Virus record (IMG/VR): IMGVR_UViG_2639762987_000002
Length of the DNA: 64,000 bases
Source: a virus
Taxonomy: Duplodnaviria > Heunggongvirae > Uroviricota > Caudoviricetes
Direction: 5' to 3' (one strand)
A program made the translations under genes and the position numbers. Numbering within the stretch: position 1 is the first letter of the stretch; the number at the start of each line of letters is the position of its first letter. Below the pieces are notes generated by a model. That model ran no database searches and was not told the origin of the DNA. It saw nothing but the letters and a program-made list of their open reading frames with translations. This document shows positions 30,727-41,916 of the stretch, in pieces.

Positions 30727-31062
30727 ATGGAAAGACAAACGTTTAATTGGTATCCAGATTACGAATCTGAAAAGAGCGTAAAACCGAATGTAACGGTACT
30801 TAATTTTGGTGATGACTACGAGCAGCGACAGGCTCAAGGTCTTAATCGTATTAAAGAAGAATGGTCGTTAACCTTTACCAGATCATACAACGAAATTAAT
30901 GCAATCGATGATTTCCTGACTGAGCGATCAGGTGTTGAATCGTTCTATTGGGTTAATCCAAGAGGCAAGCAGATTGTAGTTGTATGTGACAGTCATACGG
31001 TCAAGCGATATCAGGGGTACTGTGTCTTAACTGCTACATTCAGACAAGTATTTGAGGCTTAA
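30727..31062 (+). CDS. minor tail protein, lambda M-like (111 aa)
   Basis: Size and position in the H-M-L-K-I-J order. Confidence 0.6.
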   Translation: MERQTFNWYPDYESEKSVKPNVTVLNFGDDYEQRQAQGLNRIKEEWSLTFTRSYNEINAIDDFLTERSGVESFYWVNPRGKQIVVVCDSHTVKRYQGYCVLTATFRQVFEA

Positions 31063-31144
31063 GCATCTGGATAAGTAAGTACTAATTTACTATCATTGTG
31101 GCGCTGACAGGATGTTAGCGCCTACTTATTTCAAGGATGAAACA

Positions 31145-31843
31145 ATGGGAATTAAAGCTGATATTCAGAGCTTATCTCCCTCTGCACTCATTGAGTTGTT
31201 CGTACTGGATATGTCGAACACAACTTCAGGGGGGAAGCTATTCTTCCACGCCGGAACAAACGAACTGATGCAACCGGTCGTCTGGCAAGGAGTAACATAC
31301 GAGCCGTGGCCAATCAAAGCATCAGGCTTTGACAAAACTGGCCAGGGAACGTTGCCACGTCCAAAAATTCAGGTATCGAACTTTGCCGGAACCGTCTCTG
31401 CGGAAGTTCAGGCGAACGACGATCTTGTTGGCTGCCGCATTATTCGCAAGATGACGCTGGCTCGCTTCCTCGATGCCGTTAATTTTAAAGACGGTAATCC
31501 AACAGCAGATCCAAACCAACATTTCCCGGATGAAATGTGGTTTATCGAACAGAAAACGCTCGAAACTCATCAGGTTGTCGAGTTTGAGTTGTCCAGTGTG
31601 TTCGATTTGATGGGGGTGCAACTGCCGTATCGTCAGATCATTAAAAACACCTGCCCGTGGAAATACCGAGGGCCAGAATGCGGCTATACCGGTCCATATT
31701 TCGACAAAAATAACCAGCAGACGTCTATGTCTGGTGCTGATTACTGCACAAAACGTTATGACGCCTGTAATGCGCGTCGGAATTATTTTGCCAACGGAGT
31801 GATCCATTTTGGCGGGTTTATTGGAGCTACGCGATATGGGTAA
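31145..31843 (+). CDS. minor tail protein, lambda L-like (232 aa)
   Basis: ARFLDAVNF and Cys cluster CPWKYRGPECGYTG as recalled for lambda gpL; ATG 31145 after RBS aagga. Confidence 0.75.
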   Translation: MGIKADIQSLSPSALIELFVLDMSNTTSGGKLFFHAGTNELMQPVVWQGVTYEPWPIKASGFDKTGQGTLPRPKIQVSNFAGTVSAEVQANDDLVGCRIIRKMTLARFLDAVNFKDGNPTADPNQHFPDEMWFIEQKTLETHQVVEFELSSVFDLMGVQLPYRQIIKNTCPWKYRGPECGYTGPYFDKNNQQTSMSGADYCTKRYDACNARRNYFANGVIHFGGFIGATRYG

Positions 31844-32633
31844 TAAAGCAATCCCTGAGCTTGGCTCTGATGTTATGCAGCAAATCTATCTCTGCGCCAT
31901 AAATCGCTACCCTAATGAAGCGTGTGGCTTTCTGGTGAGAACTAATGGCGACAAATATCGCTTTATGGAAGCGCGGAATGTTTCGGAGAACCCGCAGAAC
32001 ACTTTTGTAATGCACGTTGACGACATTATGGCGGCAGAGGATGCGGGTGATGTTATCGCAATCTGGCATTCACATACTGATGAATCAGCAGAAGCATCTG
32101 ATGCCGATCGTGCAGGCTGTGAAGCGACGGAAGTTCCGTGGATGATTCTGGCTATTCGCAAGAATGTTGAGGGAGATGCCCCTTTCCATTTTAGCGAGAT
32201 GAATGTGATCACACCTGATGGTTTCGAAATGCCATACCTGGGTAGACCGTATGTATTTGGCGTATTCGATTGCTGGATGTTGTGTCGGGACTATTTGAAG
32301 CGTGAGTTTAACGTCGAACTAAACCCGAACGCACACCTGCATATTCCATCGTGGTACACCGGCGATAACGACATTCTCGATCAGAACTACCGTAACGAGG
32401 GATTGGTGCGTCTTGCGCCCGGAACAGAGCCTCAACGTGGGGACGTATTCTTTATCCAATACGGGAAAATGCCTGACCACTGCGCGGTTTATATCGGCGA
32501 TGGAATGATTCTTCATCACCAGATCGACCGCCTAAGTTGTCGTGCTTATTACGGCGGAATGTATCAGAAACATACGACGCATCACTTGCGTCACAGAGAC
32601 TTGCTCAAGGGAGATGAGACGTGTCTGAGTTAG
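31836..32633 (+). CDS. tail protein, lambda K-like with JAMM/MPN motif (265 aa)
   Basis: IWHSHTDESAEASDAD fits the JAMM HxHx7Sx2D motif; start overlaps the L stop. Confidence 0.75.
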   Translation: MGNKAIPELGSDVMQQIYLCAINRYPNEACGFLVRTNGDKYRFMEARNVSENPQNTFVMHVDDIMAAEDAGDVIAIWHSHTDESAEASDADRAGCEATEVPWMILAIRKNVEGDAPFHFSEMNVITPDGFEMPYLGRPYVFGVFDCWMLCRDYLKREFNVELNPNAHLHIPSWYTGDNDILDQNYRNEGLVRLAPGTEPQRGDVFFIQYGKMPDHCAVYIGDGMILHHQIDRLSCRAYYGGMYQKHTTHHLRHRDLLKGDETCLS

Positions 32634-33211
32634 TTCATGTGCAGCTTGGCGGCCCTATGGCCAAACATTTTGGCCGCCACTGGCATCTAAAGGTGCGTAA
32701 TACAAAACAGGCTCTGGATTTAATTGAGGCCAACAAGCCTGGGTTTAAAGCATGGATGAAGCGCAATATCAAAACCTATGACAGATACCACATCCAGATC
32801 ACCAATAAACAGGGCCACAAGTGGTCTGTGGACGAGAGTGAATATCAGATGATGGGGCAGTCTGACAATATTGCAAAAATCCGCATTACACCTGTTCCGC
32901 GAGGAAGCGGTGGATCTGCTTTTGGATGGTTTCAGACGGTTGTTGGAGCAGTATTAATGGTTGCCTCGATATGGGTGCCCGCTCTTGCGCCTCTCGGTTT
33001 GTCACTGATGATGGGCGGTATAGCGCAAATCATATCTCCGCAAGCCACTAACGAAAGTGTGAGGCAGGCGGATAACTCGAACTCTTATTACTTTGATGGA
33101 CCTCAAAACACAACAAACCAGGGGAACCCTGTACAGCTTATCTATGGCGAGGAAATTTTAGTTGGCTCACAGGTCGTGAGTTCTTCTATCACCATCGACC
33201 AGCTTATGTAA
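32621..33211 (+). CDS. tail assembly protein, lambda I-like (196 aa)
   Basis: Position; hydrophobic segment VVGAVLMVASIWVPALAPLGLSLMMGG. Confidence 0.65.
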   Translation: MSELVHVQLGGPMAKHFGRHWHLKVRNTKQALDLIEANKPGFKAWMKRNIKTYDRYHIQITNKQGHKWSVDESEYQMMGQSDNIAKIRITPVPRGSGGSAFGWFQTVVGAVLMVASIWVPALAPLGLSLMMGGIAQIISPQATNESVRQADNSNSYYFDGPQNTTNQGNPVQLIYGEEILVGSQVVSSSITIDQLM

Positions 33212-33222
33212 TCAAGGATTTT

Positions 33223-36200
33223 TTGGACATGGAACAGTTCAAGAAGAAAAAATTACCGCTTCTTATTGCCGGTGCTGGTGGCAAGAAAAGTAAAAGCTCC
33301 AGCCGTACCCCGGTTGAAGCTGATGATACTGTCAATTCTCGTGCTATGGCAGCCATCCTCGACCTTCTTGGCGAGGGGGTTATCGGTGGCCTGGTAAATG
33401 GCGCAAAGTCGATCTTCATCGACGATTTACCGATCTTGAATGAAGATGGCTCTTCCAACTTCAGCGGTATTACATGGGATTTTCGTGACGGCTCACAAGA
33501 CCAGACGCCAATGGCTGGTTTTGATTTTGTTGAAACGCCTAAGTCCGTAAATATTCAGCTTAAAAAAACACACGACGTTACGGTTTCAATCGATAACGAT
33601 GAAGCTGATCGCGTTCGTGTCATCATGAAATTCCCCTCTTTACGTAGCGTTGATAAAAGCTCTGGCGATACAAATGGCACTACGGTGAAGTACAAATTCC
33701 AGATCGCCAACGCAGACGCAACATTTTCTGATGTAGTGGCAGAAGGTGAGAAAAGCGTTGATATCACGCTAACGGCAAAGAAAACAGGCGTGTATTACCG
33801 TAGCTATGAGCTGAAACTACCTAAGCCTGGTCGTGCATACAAGGTTAGGGTGATTCGTCTTACGGATGATAACAGTAGCCAGTACCTCTACAACGATACC
33901 TGGGTTGATTCCATCGGTGAGATTGTAGATACCCCCATGAACTACCCTAACTCTGCACTTGTTGGCTTAAAGGTCAATTCAGAGCAGTTTGGTAGCACAA
34001 TGCCTTCCCGTTCGTATTTGGTGCGCGGTATCAAAATTCGAGTGCCGTCAAACTACAACGAATACACCAATACTTATGTCGGCGTATGGGACGGTACTTT
34101 TAAGCTGTTGTCTTCTTCAAACCCTGCGTGGATTCTCTACGATTTGCTTACCAATACTCGGTATGGTCTTGGGCAATTTGTGTCGGAGTCCATGATTGAC
34201 CTCGGCCAGCTCTACCAGATTGGTCGATATTGTGACGAAGAGGTCGATGATGGCTTTGGGGGTAAAGAGAAACGCTTTGCAATCAATACGCAGATCACCA
34301 GTCGACAGGACGCATACCGATTAATTCAGGATATTGCCGGTGCATTCCGCGGCATGGTGTTTTGGGCTGGTGGCATGGTTAACATCATGCAGGATAGCCC
34401 ATCAGATCCGGTAATGATGTTTACCAACTCCAACGTCAAAGATGGACTGTTTACCTATAAAGGTTCTGCGCGTAAAGATCGCCCATCCGTTGCGCTCGTG
34501 ACCTACAACAACAAGGAGGACGGTTATAAGCAAAACATCGAGTACGTTGAAGATCAGGACGCAATGCGCCGTTATGGTGAGCGTAAAACAGAAGTCGTAG
34601 CATTTGGATGTACAAGCCGAGGCCAGGCCCACCGAGTTGGTTTGTGGCTTTTGTATACCGCCAGAATGGAGTCGGATGTAATTACATTTACTGCCGGCTT
34701 AGACGCCTCATTTCTGATGCCCGGTGAAACCGTTCTGATTCAGAACAAATATCGTGCAGGTAAACGTAACTCCGGTCGAATTGTGGAGTTTACCAAAAAC
34801 AGCATCACTCTCGATGCGCCTGTGTCGTTAGCTAAAAGCGGCAGCTTTATTCGGATATTGAATCAGGAAGGCAAAATCGTTGAACGCGATGTTCTTGAAA
34901 CTGGCGAAAACATAACAAAGGTTACGTTTTCAAAAGCCCTGTCGTCAGCGGAAACGCCTGTTTTGAACGGTGTCTGGACAATTACAGAACCAGATCTTGA
35001 ACCTATGCGCGTTCGCATCGTTAACATCGCGCAGGGGGAAACGCCGGGTAGCTTTGACATCACCGCTGTTGAGAACAATCCGTCTAAATATGAGGCAATC
35101 GACAATGGTGCAACGCTTATCCCGCAGAATACGACGGTATTGGACCCGACTTACTCCAAGCCGTCTAATTTGCAAATCACTGAAGGGACTTACCTCTCAA
35201 GCCCGGGCAACCTGTCAGTAAAACTGACTGCAACATGGGAAGGGAAATCTCCAGAGTATTGGATCAGTTGGCGACGTTCTGATGAAAACAATGTATCGAA
35301 CTGGCAATCGGCGCGTGTAACCGAAGAACAATACGAAATCGTTAATGTCGCGGAGAATGGACGCTACGACTTCCAACTGTATGCGGTTTCATTCAACGGT
35401 AAAAAAACAGAAATTATCAGTACCGTTTATCAGGTGCTGGGAACAATGACACCGCCGGATGCACCAACGTCATTAACGGCCGTTGGAGACTATCGTAATG
35501 TGATACTGAATTGGGTTAATCCAGATTCGGTAGACCTTGATCACATTAATGTTTACGCATCCCAGACCAACAATCTGGATACGGCGAAACTGATCGCAGA
35601 GTCTGCAAGCACCACCTTTACACATGCTGGTCTTGGGGATAGCGAAACGTGGTATTACTGGGTTCGAGCATCGAACAAGCGAGGTATGTTAAGCCCTCCG
35701 AACTCAAACTTGGGTACAGAGGCGACAACTCGCGATGTACTGTCGTTCCTGGCTGGCAAAATTACATCTTCCGAGCTTGGTCAGGCTCTGCTTGAGGACA
35801 TCAACAGCAAAGCCTCTCAAGAAGCAGTTGACGAGTTAAATGAGCATATCAACCAGAGCGTCGAATCTTTGGAGGGGTCGGTAAACGACGTTAAGGAAGA
35901 TATAGCTGAATTAGATAAGCAGTTCAGCGATAACCTCGCGGGTTTTGAAATAAAATTCAACGAGCGTAGCGATGCTTTGGAGAACGCACAAACCGAGCTT
36001 AAAGGTGAGGTTTCGGCAACGATCGACAAGGTCAATGAAGCGTTTGAAAAAATTGATGCTACTGATGCTGCAATTGTTGAAATCGAAAACACCGTATCTG
36101 AACACGATAAAGCTCTCGCTAATACAGTCGAGGCAATAAAGGCTGCAAGAGACGAAGCGGCGGCTCTTATTGCTAAGGAAAGCGAGGCTCGTGTTGAAGG

Positions 36201-37953
36201 TGATGCCGCAAACGCTAAACAACTGGAAGTGTTGCAGTCGACGGTAGAGGAAAGTTCCGCAGCCGTTGAAGAAATGAAAAAGACGGTTGCAGAGGTCGAT
36301 CGTGCCAGTGCAGAACTGACTACGAACATTGAGGCGTTAGCTAAAACAAATATTGACCTGGCTCTTCGTCAAGATGAAGACCAGCACAAGCAGATGGTCA
36401 ATAACGCGAAGATCGCAACAACACAGAAAACCTTTGCTGATGATATGTCTGCAATGGCCACGAAGGTTGAGGAAATTCGCGTAGAAATTGGCGAAGACAT
36501 TAAGGCCAGTATTCTGGAAGAGTCCACCGCTCGTGCCGATGGCGATGAAGCGTTGGCAAAGCGTGTCACTCAGCTGCAATCTAAGTTTGAAGGAGATATC
36601 AGCGCGGCGATTAGTACAGAACAGGAGGCTCGTACATCTGCCGATGAAGCTTTGACGAAACAAATAACTCAGCTTGAGTCGAAAGTAAGCAACGATATTG
36701 TCGCAGCCATTAAGGAAGAGCAAGAAGCCCGAGCAACGGAAGATTCGGCTCTGGCAAGCCAGATCACCCAACTTCAGGCAAAAGTTGATGATGATATTTC
36801 TGCTGCAATACGCAGTGAGCAGGAGGCGCGTGCGAGCGGAGACTCTGCGTTAGCTAAACAAATAAACCAGCTTCAAGCAAAGGTTGACGGTGATATATCC
36901 GCTGCCATCACTCAGGAGCAGGAGGCCAGAGCAAGTGCTGACCAGGCGCTCTCACGAGAAATTAACAGCCTGCGAGCACAAACCGGAACTGATATTGCCG
37001 CAGCGGTTGCTGTAGAGACAAAGGCAAGGACTGATGCCGATAGTGCATTGTCCACTCAGATTTCGTCTCTTACAGCAAAAGCTAATGATCTCGAGGCATC
37101 TCTTGCCAGAGAAACAACGGCTCGTGCTGATGGTGATACCGCTTTAACAAAAGAGGTTTCAAGTTTAAAAGCACAGACAGCGAAAGATATTAGTGCGGCC
37201 GTTGCAGTTGAAACGCAGGCTCGAACTGATGCTGACTCGGCGTTGTCGTCTCAGATCACCAAGCTGACCTCTCAATACAAAGAGGATATTAAAGCGGCTG
37301 TAGCAACCGAAACGAAAACGCGTACAGAGCAAGATGCTGCATTGGCGACTCAAATCACAAACTTAGAGTCTCAAACGGCAGCCAACATTTCCGCGGCGGT
37401 AACAACTGAAACGACAGCGAGAACGCAGGCAGATAATGCTCTGAGTGGGCGAATCGATACTCTGAAAGCAGAGGTGGATGGAAATACCGCGACAATTCAA
37501 CAGCAGGCAACAGCTATTGCTAATACCAACAAAAAAGTGTCAACCGCGTGGACGTTGAAAATGGAAACTTCAACGAGCGGAGGGCAGAAGTATGTTGCTG
37601 GTATTGCGCTTGGTATCGACACCACTGGCCTTTCTCAGTTTTTGGTGCAGGCTGACAGGTTTGGTTTGGTCAACTCTGTTAACGGGAAGATCACCACGCC
37701 ATTTGTTATCGAAAACAGTATCGCCTATATGAATGGTGCGTATATCAAGGATGGCACAATCACCAATGCAAAAGTAGGCGATCTGCAATCTACCAATTTT
37801 GTTAGCGGTAGATCTGGATGGCGGTTCGGCAAAAATGGAACGCTTGAGATCAACGGTAATAGCGGGGGTAATGGGCGACTGGTCATAAATGGTCAGCGGA
37901 TTGACGTTTATGACGATAACAACGTCTTACGAGTAAGAATTGGCCTTCTGTGA
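33223..37953 (+). CDS. central tail fibre / host specificity protein, lambda J-like (1576 aa)
   Basis: Blocks AFGCTSRGQAHRVGLWL, NPAWILYDLLTNTRYG and KYVAGIALGIDTTGLSQFLV match lambda J from memory; contains ~10 tandem 33-aa coiled-coil repeats. Confidence 0.85.
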   Translation: MDMEQFKKKKLPLLIAGAGGKKSKSSSRTPVEADDTVNSRAMAAILDLLGEGVIGGLVNGAKSIFIDDLPILNEDGSSNFSGITWDFRDGSQDQTPMAGFDFVETPKSVNIQLKKTHDVTVSIDNDEADRVRVIMKFPSLRSVDKSSGDTNGTTVKYKFQIANADATFSDVVAEGEKSVDITLTAKKTGVYYRSYELKLPKPGRAYKVRVIRLTDDNSSQYLYNDTWVDSIGEIVDTPMNYPNSALVGLKVNSEQFGSTMPSRSYLVRGIKIRVPSNYNEYTNTYVGVWDGTFKLLSSSNPAWILYDLLTNTRYGLGQFVSESMIDLGQLYQIGRYCDEEVDDGFGGKEKRFAINTQITSRQDAYRLIQDIAGAFRGMVFWAGGMVNIMQDSPSDPVMMFTNSNVKDGLFTYKGSARKDRPSVALVTYNNKEDGYKQNIEYVEDQDAMRRYGERKTEVVAFGCTSRGQAHRVGLWLLYTARMESDVITFTAGLDASFLMPGETVLIQNKYRAGKRNSGRIVEFTKNSITLDAPVSLAKSGSFIRILNQEGKIVERDVLETGENITKVTFSKALSSAETPVLNGVWTITEPDLEPMRVRIVNIAQGETPGSFDITAVENNPSKYEAIDNGATLIPQNTTVLDPTYSKPSNLQITEGTYLSSPGNLSVKLTATWEGKSPEYWISWRRSDENNVSNWQSARVTEEQYEIVNVAENGRYDFQLYAVSFNGKKTEIISTVYQVLGTMTPPDAPTSLTAVGDYRNVILNWVNPDSVDLDHINVYASQTNNLDTAKLIAESASTTFTHAGLGDSETWYYWVRASNKRGMLSPPNSNLGTEATTRDVLSFLAGKITSSELGQALLEDINSKASQEAVDELNEHINQSVESLEGSVNDVKEDIAELDKQFSDNLAGFEIKFNERSDALENAQTELKGEVSATIDKVNEAFEKIDATDAAIVEIENTVSEHDKALANTVEAIKAARDEAAALIAKESEARVEGDAANAKQLEVLQSTVEESSAAVEEMKKTVAEVDRASAELTTNIEALAKTNIDLALRQDEDQHKQMVNNAKIATTQKTFADDMSAMATKVEEIRVEIGEDIKASILEESTARADGDEALAKRVTQLQSKFEGDISAAISTEQEARTSADEALTKQITQLESKVSNDIVAAIKEEQEARATEDSALASQITQLQAKVDDDISAAIRSEQEARASGDSALAKQINQLQAKVDGDISAAITQEQEARASADQALSREINSLRAQTGTDIAAAVAVETKARTDADSALSTQISSLTAKANDLEASLARETTARADGDTALTKEVSSLKAQTAKDISAAVAVETQARTDADSALSSQITKLTSQYKEDIKAAVATETKTRTEQDAALATQITNLESQTAANISAAVTTETTARTQADNALSGRIDTLKAEVDGNTATIQQQATAIANTNKKVSTAWTLKMETSTSGGQKYVAGIALGIDTTGLSQFLVQADRFGLVNSVNGKITTPFVIENSIAYMNGAYIKDGTITNAKVGDLQSTNFVSGRSGWRFGKNGTLEINGNSGGNGRLVINGQRIDVYDDNNVLRVRIGLL

Positions 37954-38046
37954 TGGTAGAAAAAAATATTTATATCGGTAAAAATAAGTAGGTACTTACT
38001 TAATGGTGGGCAAGGATAGCCCACCAAATCAAGGAGCATATTCAAC

Positions 38047-41000
38047 ATGTGGTACAGGGAAGGTACTATCACATTTACACAGGGCAGCAATACTCTGGTT
38101 GGGGCAGGTACAGCCTGGAACGTAACAGCTAATGGTGTGTTGCCGGGGATGATCGTCATTGGCCCCGACAATAAGCTGTATGAGATCAAGCGCGTAACCA
38201 GTGATACGAACATTGTTCTCTCAGAACCTTATACCGGCGAAACTCAGTCTGAAGTTCCGTGCCGAATCATTACGACCTATGAAGGCGACTTAACACAGTT
38301 TAGCGCGCGCTTTACAGCACTAATGTCGCGTATGTCGGCTGATTCCAAGTCCATGCGCAGTTGGTTGACTGCTCTGGATGAGGTGACAATCGAGCGTGAA
38401 GACGGTACAGAAGTGACCGTTAAGCCGCTAATGCAGATCGTCAACGAGCACAACGAAAACGTTGAGTGGTATAAAAATAACACTGACGCGATTGATGCTG
38501 CTGGCGACAAAGCTCGTGAGGCGGCGGCCAGTGCTGCCGCAGCAGCAAAAAGCGCCAATGCCGCTGGAGAAAAAGCCTCTCAAGCGTCTCAAAGTGCATC
38601 CGCTGCGGCATCCTCACAAAGTGCCGCAAGTGCGAGTGCAACTGCTGCGAAAAAATCTGAAACGAATGCTGCAGCGTCACAAAAATCTGCAGCCACTTCT
38701 GCATCCACCGCGACCACGAAGGCGTCAGAAGCTGCCACCTCAGCCCGGGATGCGGCGGCCTCAAAAGAGGCAGCAAAATCATCAGAAACGAGCGCAGCCT
38801 CGAGCGCCAGTAATGCCGCTTCCTCGGCAACGGCGGCTGGAAATTCCGCGAAGGCGGCAAAAACGTCCGAGACGAACGCCAGGTCTTCTGAAACGGCAGC
38901 GGGACAGAGCGCCTCGGCTGCGGCAGGCTCAAAAACAGCGGCTGCGTCGTCTGCCAGTGCCGCGTCAACAAGTGCCGGGCAGGCCTCAGCCAGTGCCACC
39001 GCCGCCGGAAAATCGGCAGAAAGTGCCGCATCGTCTGCTTCAACGGCCACAACGAAGGCTGGCGAAGCCACTGAACAGGCCAGCGCAGCAGCGAGGTCTG
39101 CTTCCGCAGCGAAGACATCCGAAACGAACGCGAAAGCGTCGGAAACCCGTGCAGAATCCTCAAAAACGGCAGCCGCATCGTCCGCCAGTTCGGCAGCGTC
39201 ATCGGCATCATCTGCGTCTGCTTCAAAAGATGAGGCGACCAGACAGGCGTCAGCAGCGAAGGGCAGCGCCACGACGGCATCCACGAAAGCAACAGAGGCG
39301 GCAGGCAGTGCGACGGCTGCATCTCAGAGCAAAACTGCTGCCGAATCTGCTGCGACTCGTGCAGAAGCTGCCGCTGATCGTGCTGAAGAGATTGCCGGTG
39401 CAGTTGCGATGGAAGACGCAAGCCTTACAACTAAAGGTGTTGTGAAACTTAGCAGTGCTGTCGATAGCACCAGTGAATCGCTGGCTGCAACGCCAAAGGC
39501 AGTTAAAACTGTTAAAGATAGTTCAGTTCAAAAAACTGGCGACACAATGGGAGGGCAGTTAAAAATCGGCACGATAAATGCTCTTCGAATATTCAACCAA
39601 GCCTTTGGCCTTATTTTTAGGCGTTCCGAAGATTATATTCATCTTATCCCGACTAATGAAGGGGAGGGAGAAAATGGAGACATCGGTTCATTAAGACCAT
39701 TCTCTATAAACTTAAGATCAGGGTTGGTGTCCATCGGTAATGGACTAAAAGTTGGTGGTAGTGTTACTGGTAATTTGACCGGAAACGCAGATACTGCGAC
39801 CAAGATCAAGACAGCACGTAAGATTGGGGGCGTGGCATTTGATGGATCGGCAGATATCAACTTGCCTGGAGTCAACGCTACCGGTAATCAAAACACTACA
39901 GGTAATGCTGCGACCGCCACGAAACTTCAGGCAGCCAGAACGATTAACGGTGTGTCATTTGATGGTAGTGCAAATATCACATTGACCCCTTCAAATATTG
40001 GGGCGTTGGCATTAACTGGAGGGACTCTTTCAGGTGGTTTAACTGCTGCTGGTGAGATTATTTCAAAGTCAGCAAATGGTCTGCGTATTGCCTATGGCAA
40101 CTATGGATTCTTTATCCGAAATGATGGCTCAAATACATATTTTATGTTGACAGATTCGGGTAACAGTCTTGGTACGTACAATAGCTTAAGGCCGTTTATA
40201 ATTAGTAACTCTACTGGCAATGTTACAATTGCAACTAAATTAAACGCGAGTAGTGGTATCACTGGATCTTTATCGGGTAATGCAAGCACAGCAACCAAAT
40301 TGCAGACAGCAAGAACCATCGGTGGTGTTAGCTTCGATGGCACTGCGAATATTAATTTGCCTGGTGTTAATGCTGCCGGTAATCAGAACACTACCGGTAA
40401 CGCGGCCACAGCGACCAAGTTGCAAACAGCTAGAACTATTAACGGGGTGTCGTTTAACGGCTCTGCGAATATTTCAATACCAACAATTACGTCCAGAGGG
40501 CGCGTTACTGCGCTCACCGGTACAACACAAGGTGCTGCGACTGGATTGCAGATGTACGAGGCATATAACAATGGCTACCCTTCGTCTTACGGGAATGTGC
40601 TTCATCTTAAGGGCGCAACGGCCGTTGGTGAAGGTGAGTTGTTCATAGGTTGGAGCGGTACAAGTGGTGCTCATGCACCTGTACATGTACGTTCGCGACG
40701 AGATACGGATACATCCAGTTGGTCTGAATGGGCGCAAGTTTATACGTCCAAAGACTCAATTCCAGGTGTCAATGCCACCGGTAATCAGAACACTACTGGC
40801 AACGCAGCCTCTGCAACGAAGTTGCAGACAGCCAGAACAATTGGAGGTGTGTCGTTTAATGGCACCGCCAATATTAACTTGCCGGGTGTTAATATAGCGG
40901 GTAATCAGAATACGACTGGTAACGCAGCTTCAGCCACGAAGTTACAAACGGCTCGTACTATCGGTGGTGTTAGTTTTAACGGCACAGCCAATATTAACTT

Positions 41001-41571
41001 ACCTGGTGTGAATACGACCGGTAATCAGAACACTACTGGTAATGCTGCAACCGCCACAAAATTGCAGACAGCAAGGAAAATTGCTGGTGTGGCGTTTGAT
41101 GGCTCTGCCGATATAACTTTGACTGCGGCTAACCTTAATGCTTATACGAAAACAGAGGTAACAAACCTTCTCAGTTCCTATGTGAAGAGTAGTTCTCTTC
41201 CAAGCATGACTGTGCGAACTTCCTCTGTTTCTGGTGGGGATATGGGCATGAGTTTGTCCACATTCATTAGCCACCTTAAATCAAATGGGGCATTTAGCAA
41301 AAGTTATTGGATTGGCTTTGGCGATGCTATGGGATTCAATGCTGGCAGTATCAACAATATAACGGGATTTGGTGCTGTAGAATTAGCAGAATCTATAATC
41401 GAAGTTTTTAATCTACCTAACGGTGATTATACAATTCGTTTAACAACGTCACATAAAGCTGACTACGGTGGAGTGACAAACGCAATCCTCGTTTATCACT
41501 ACCGTAGTAATAGAAGTCCGTCAGGTCAATGGCTGAAATTTGCCGGTACTGTTGGGGCAACAAGCAACTGA
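38047..41571 (+). CDS. side tail fibre protein (1174 aa)
   Basis: Ala/Ser-rich low-complexity segment with KTSETNA repeats, then ~7 copies of GNQNTTGNAATATKLQTARTIGGVSFDG phage tail-fibre repeats. Confidence 0.8.
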   Translation: MWYREGTITFTQGSNTLVGAGTAWNVTANGVLPGMIVIGPDNKLYEIKRVTSDTNIVLSEPYTGETQSEVPCRIITTYEGDLTQFSARFTALMSRMSADSKSMRSWLTALDEVTIEREDGTEVTVKPLMQIVNEHNENVEWYKNNTDAIDAAGDKAREAAASAAAAAKSANAAGEKASQASQSASAAASSQSAASASATAAKKSETNAAASQKSAATSASTATTKASEAATSARDAAASKEAAKSSETSAASSASNAASSATAAGNSAKAAKTSETNARSSETAAGQSASAAAGSKTAAASSASAASTSAGQASASATAAGKSAESAASSASTATTKAGEATEQASAAARSASAAKTSETNAKASETRAESSKTAAASSASSAASSASSASASKDEATRQASAAKGSATTASTKATEAAGSATAASQSKTAAESAATRAEAAADRAEEIAGAVAMEDASLTTKGVVKLSSAVDSTSESLAATPKAVKTVKDSSVQKTGDTMGGQLKIGTINALRIFNQAFGLIFRRSEDYIHLIPTNEGEGENGDIGSLRPFSINLRSGLVSIGNGLKVGGSVTGNLTGNADTATKIKTARKIGGVAFDGSADINLPGVNATGNQNTTGNAATATKLQAARTINGVSFDGSANITLTPSNIGALALTGGTLSGGLTAAGEIISKSANGLRIAYGNYGFFIRNDGSNTYFMLTDSGNSLGTYNSLRPFIISNSTGNVTIATKLNASSGITGSLSGNASTATKLQTARTIGGVSFDGTANINLPGVNAAGNQNTTGNAATATKLQTARTINGVSFNGSANISIPTITSRGRVTALTGTTQGAATGLQMYEAYNNGYPSSYGNVLHLKGATAVGEGELFIGWSGTSGAHAPVHVRSRRDTDTSSWSEWAQVYTSKDSIPGVNATGNQNTTGNAASATKLQTARTIGGVSFNGTANINLPGVNIAGNQNTTGNAASATKLQTARTIGGVSFNGTANINLPGVNTTGNQNTTGNAATATKLQTARKIAGVAFDGSADITLTAANLNAYTKTEVTNLLSSYVKSSSLPSMTVRTSSVSGGDMGMSLSTFISHLKSNGAFSKSYWIGFGDAMGFNAGSINNITGFGAVELAESIIEVFNLPNGDYTIRLTTSHKADYGGVTNAILVYHYRSNRSPSGQWLKFAGTVGATSN

Positions 41572-41661
41572 TTTAGACATTATTTCTAATAAGGATAATT
41601 TATAAGATGGTTGTGAGGTCGATAAATATGGCCTCACAACCGCAGTTATAAGGATATATTT

Positions 41662-41916
41662 ATGAGCTATGGTGCACAGGTTTGGTCGCCATCAAGACAG
41701 GAGATGGTCGATGCGTTGGCCCCTGTTTATTACCTCGATTATTTTACTCCCTCTGGTTCAGGAAGTAGAACATATGAGGTTGAGGCGGGATTGGGAATCG
41801 ACTATTACATAATGGACGTAACCAATGGAAAATACACAAGTCTTACGGTTTCTGGAAATACCATTTCGTGGTCTGGAGCTAGTGGCAATTTAAACATATT
41901 GGTTTTTCAAAAATAA
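41662..41916 (+). CDS. hypothetical protein (84 aa)
   Basis: ORF downstream of tail fibre. Confidence 0.45.
   Translation: MSYGAQVWSPSRQEMVDALAPVYYLDYFTPSGSGSRTYEVEAGLGIDYYIMDVTNGKYTSLTVSGNTISWSGASGNLNILVFQK

Noticed and set aside
35817-36771. Minus-strand ORFs 35817..36329 and 36337..36771 inside the J-like gene
   Set aside because: Antisense to the tandem-repeat coding region; repeats keep the opposite frame open by chance.
38441-39445. Large overlapping ORFs 38441..39421 (-), 38462..39445 (+) and 38589..39284 (-) in the tail-fibre gene
   Set aside because: Arise from the Ala/Ser-rich low-complexity segment; Pro/Arg/Gln-rich translations are implausible and the fibre frame carries the recognisable repeats.
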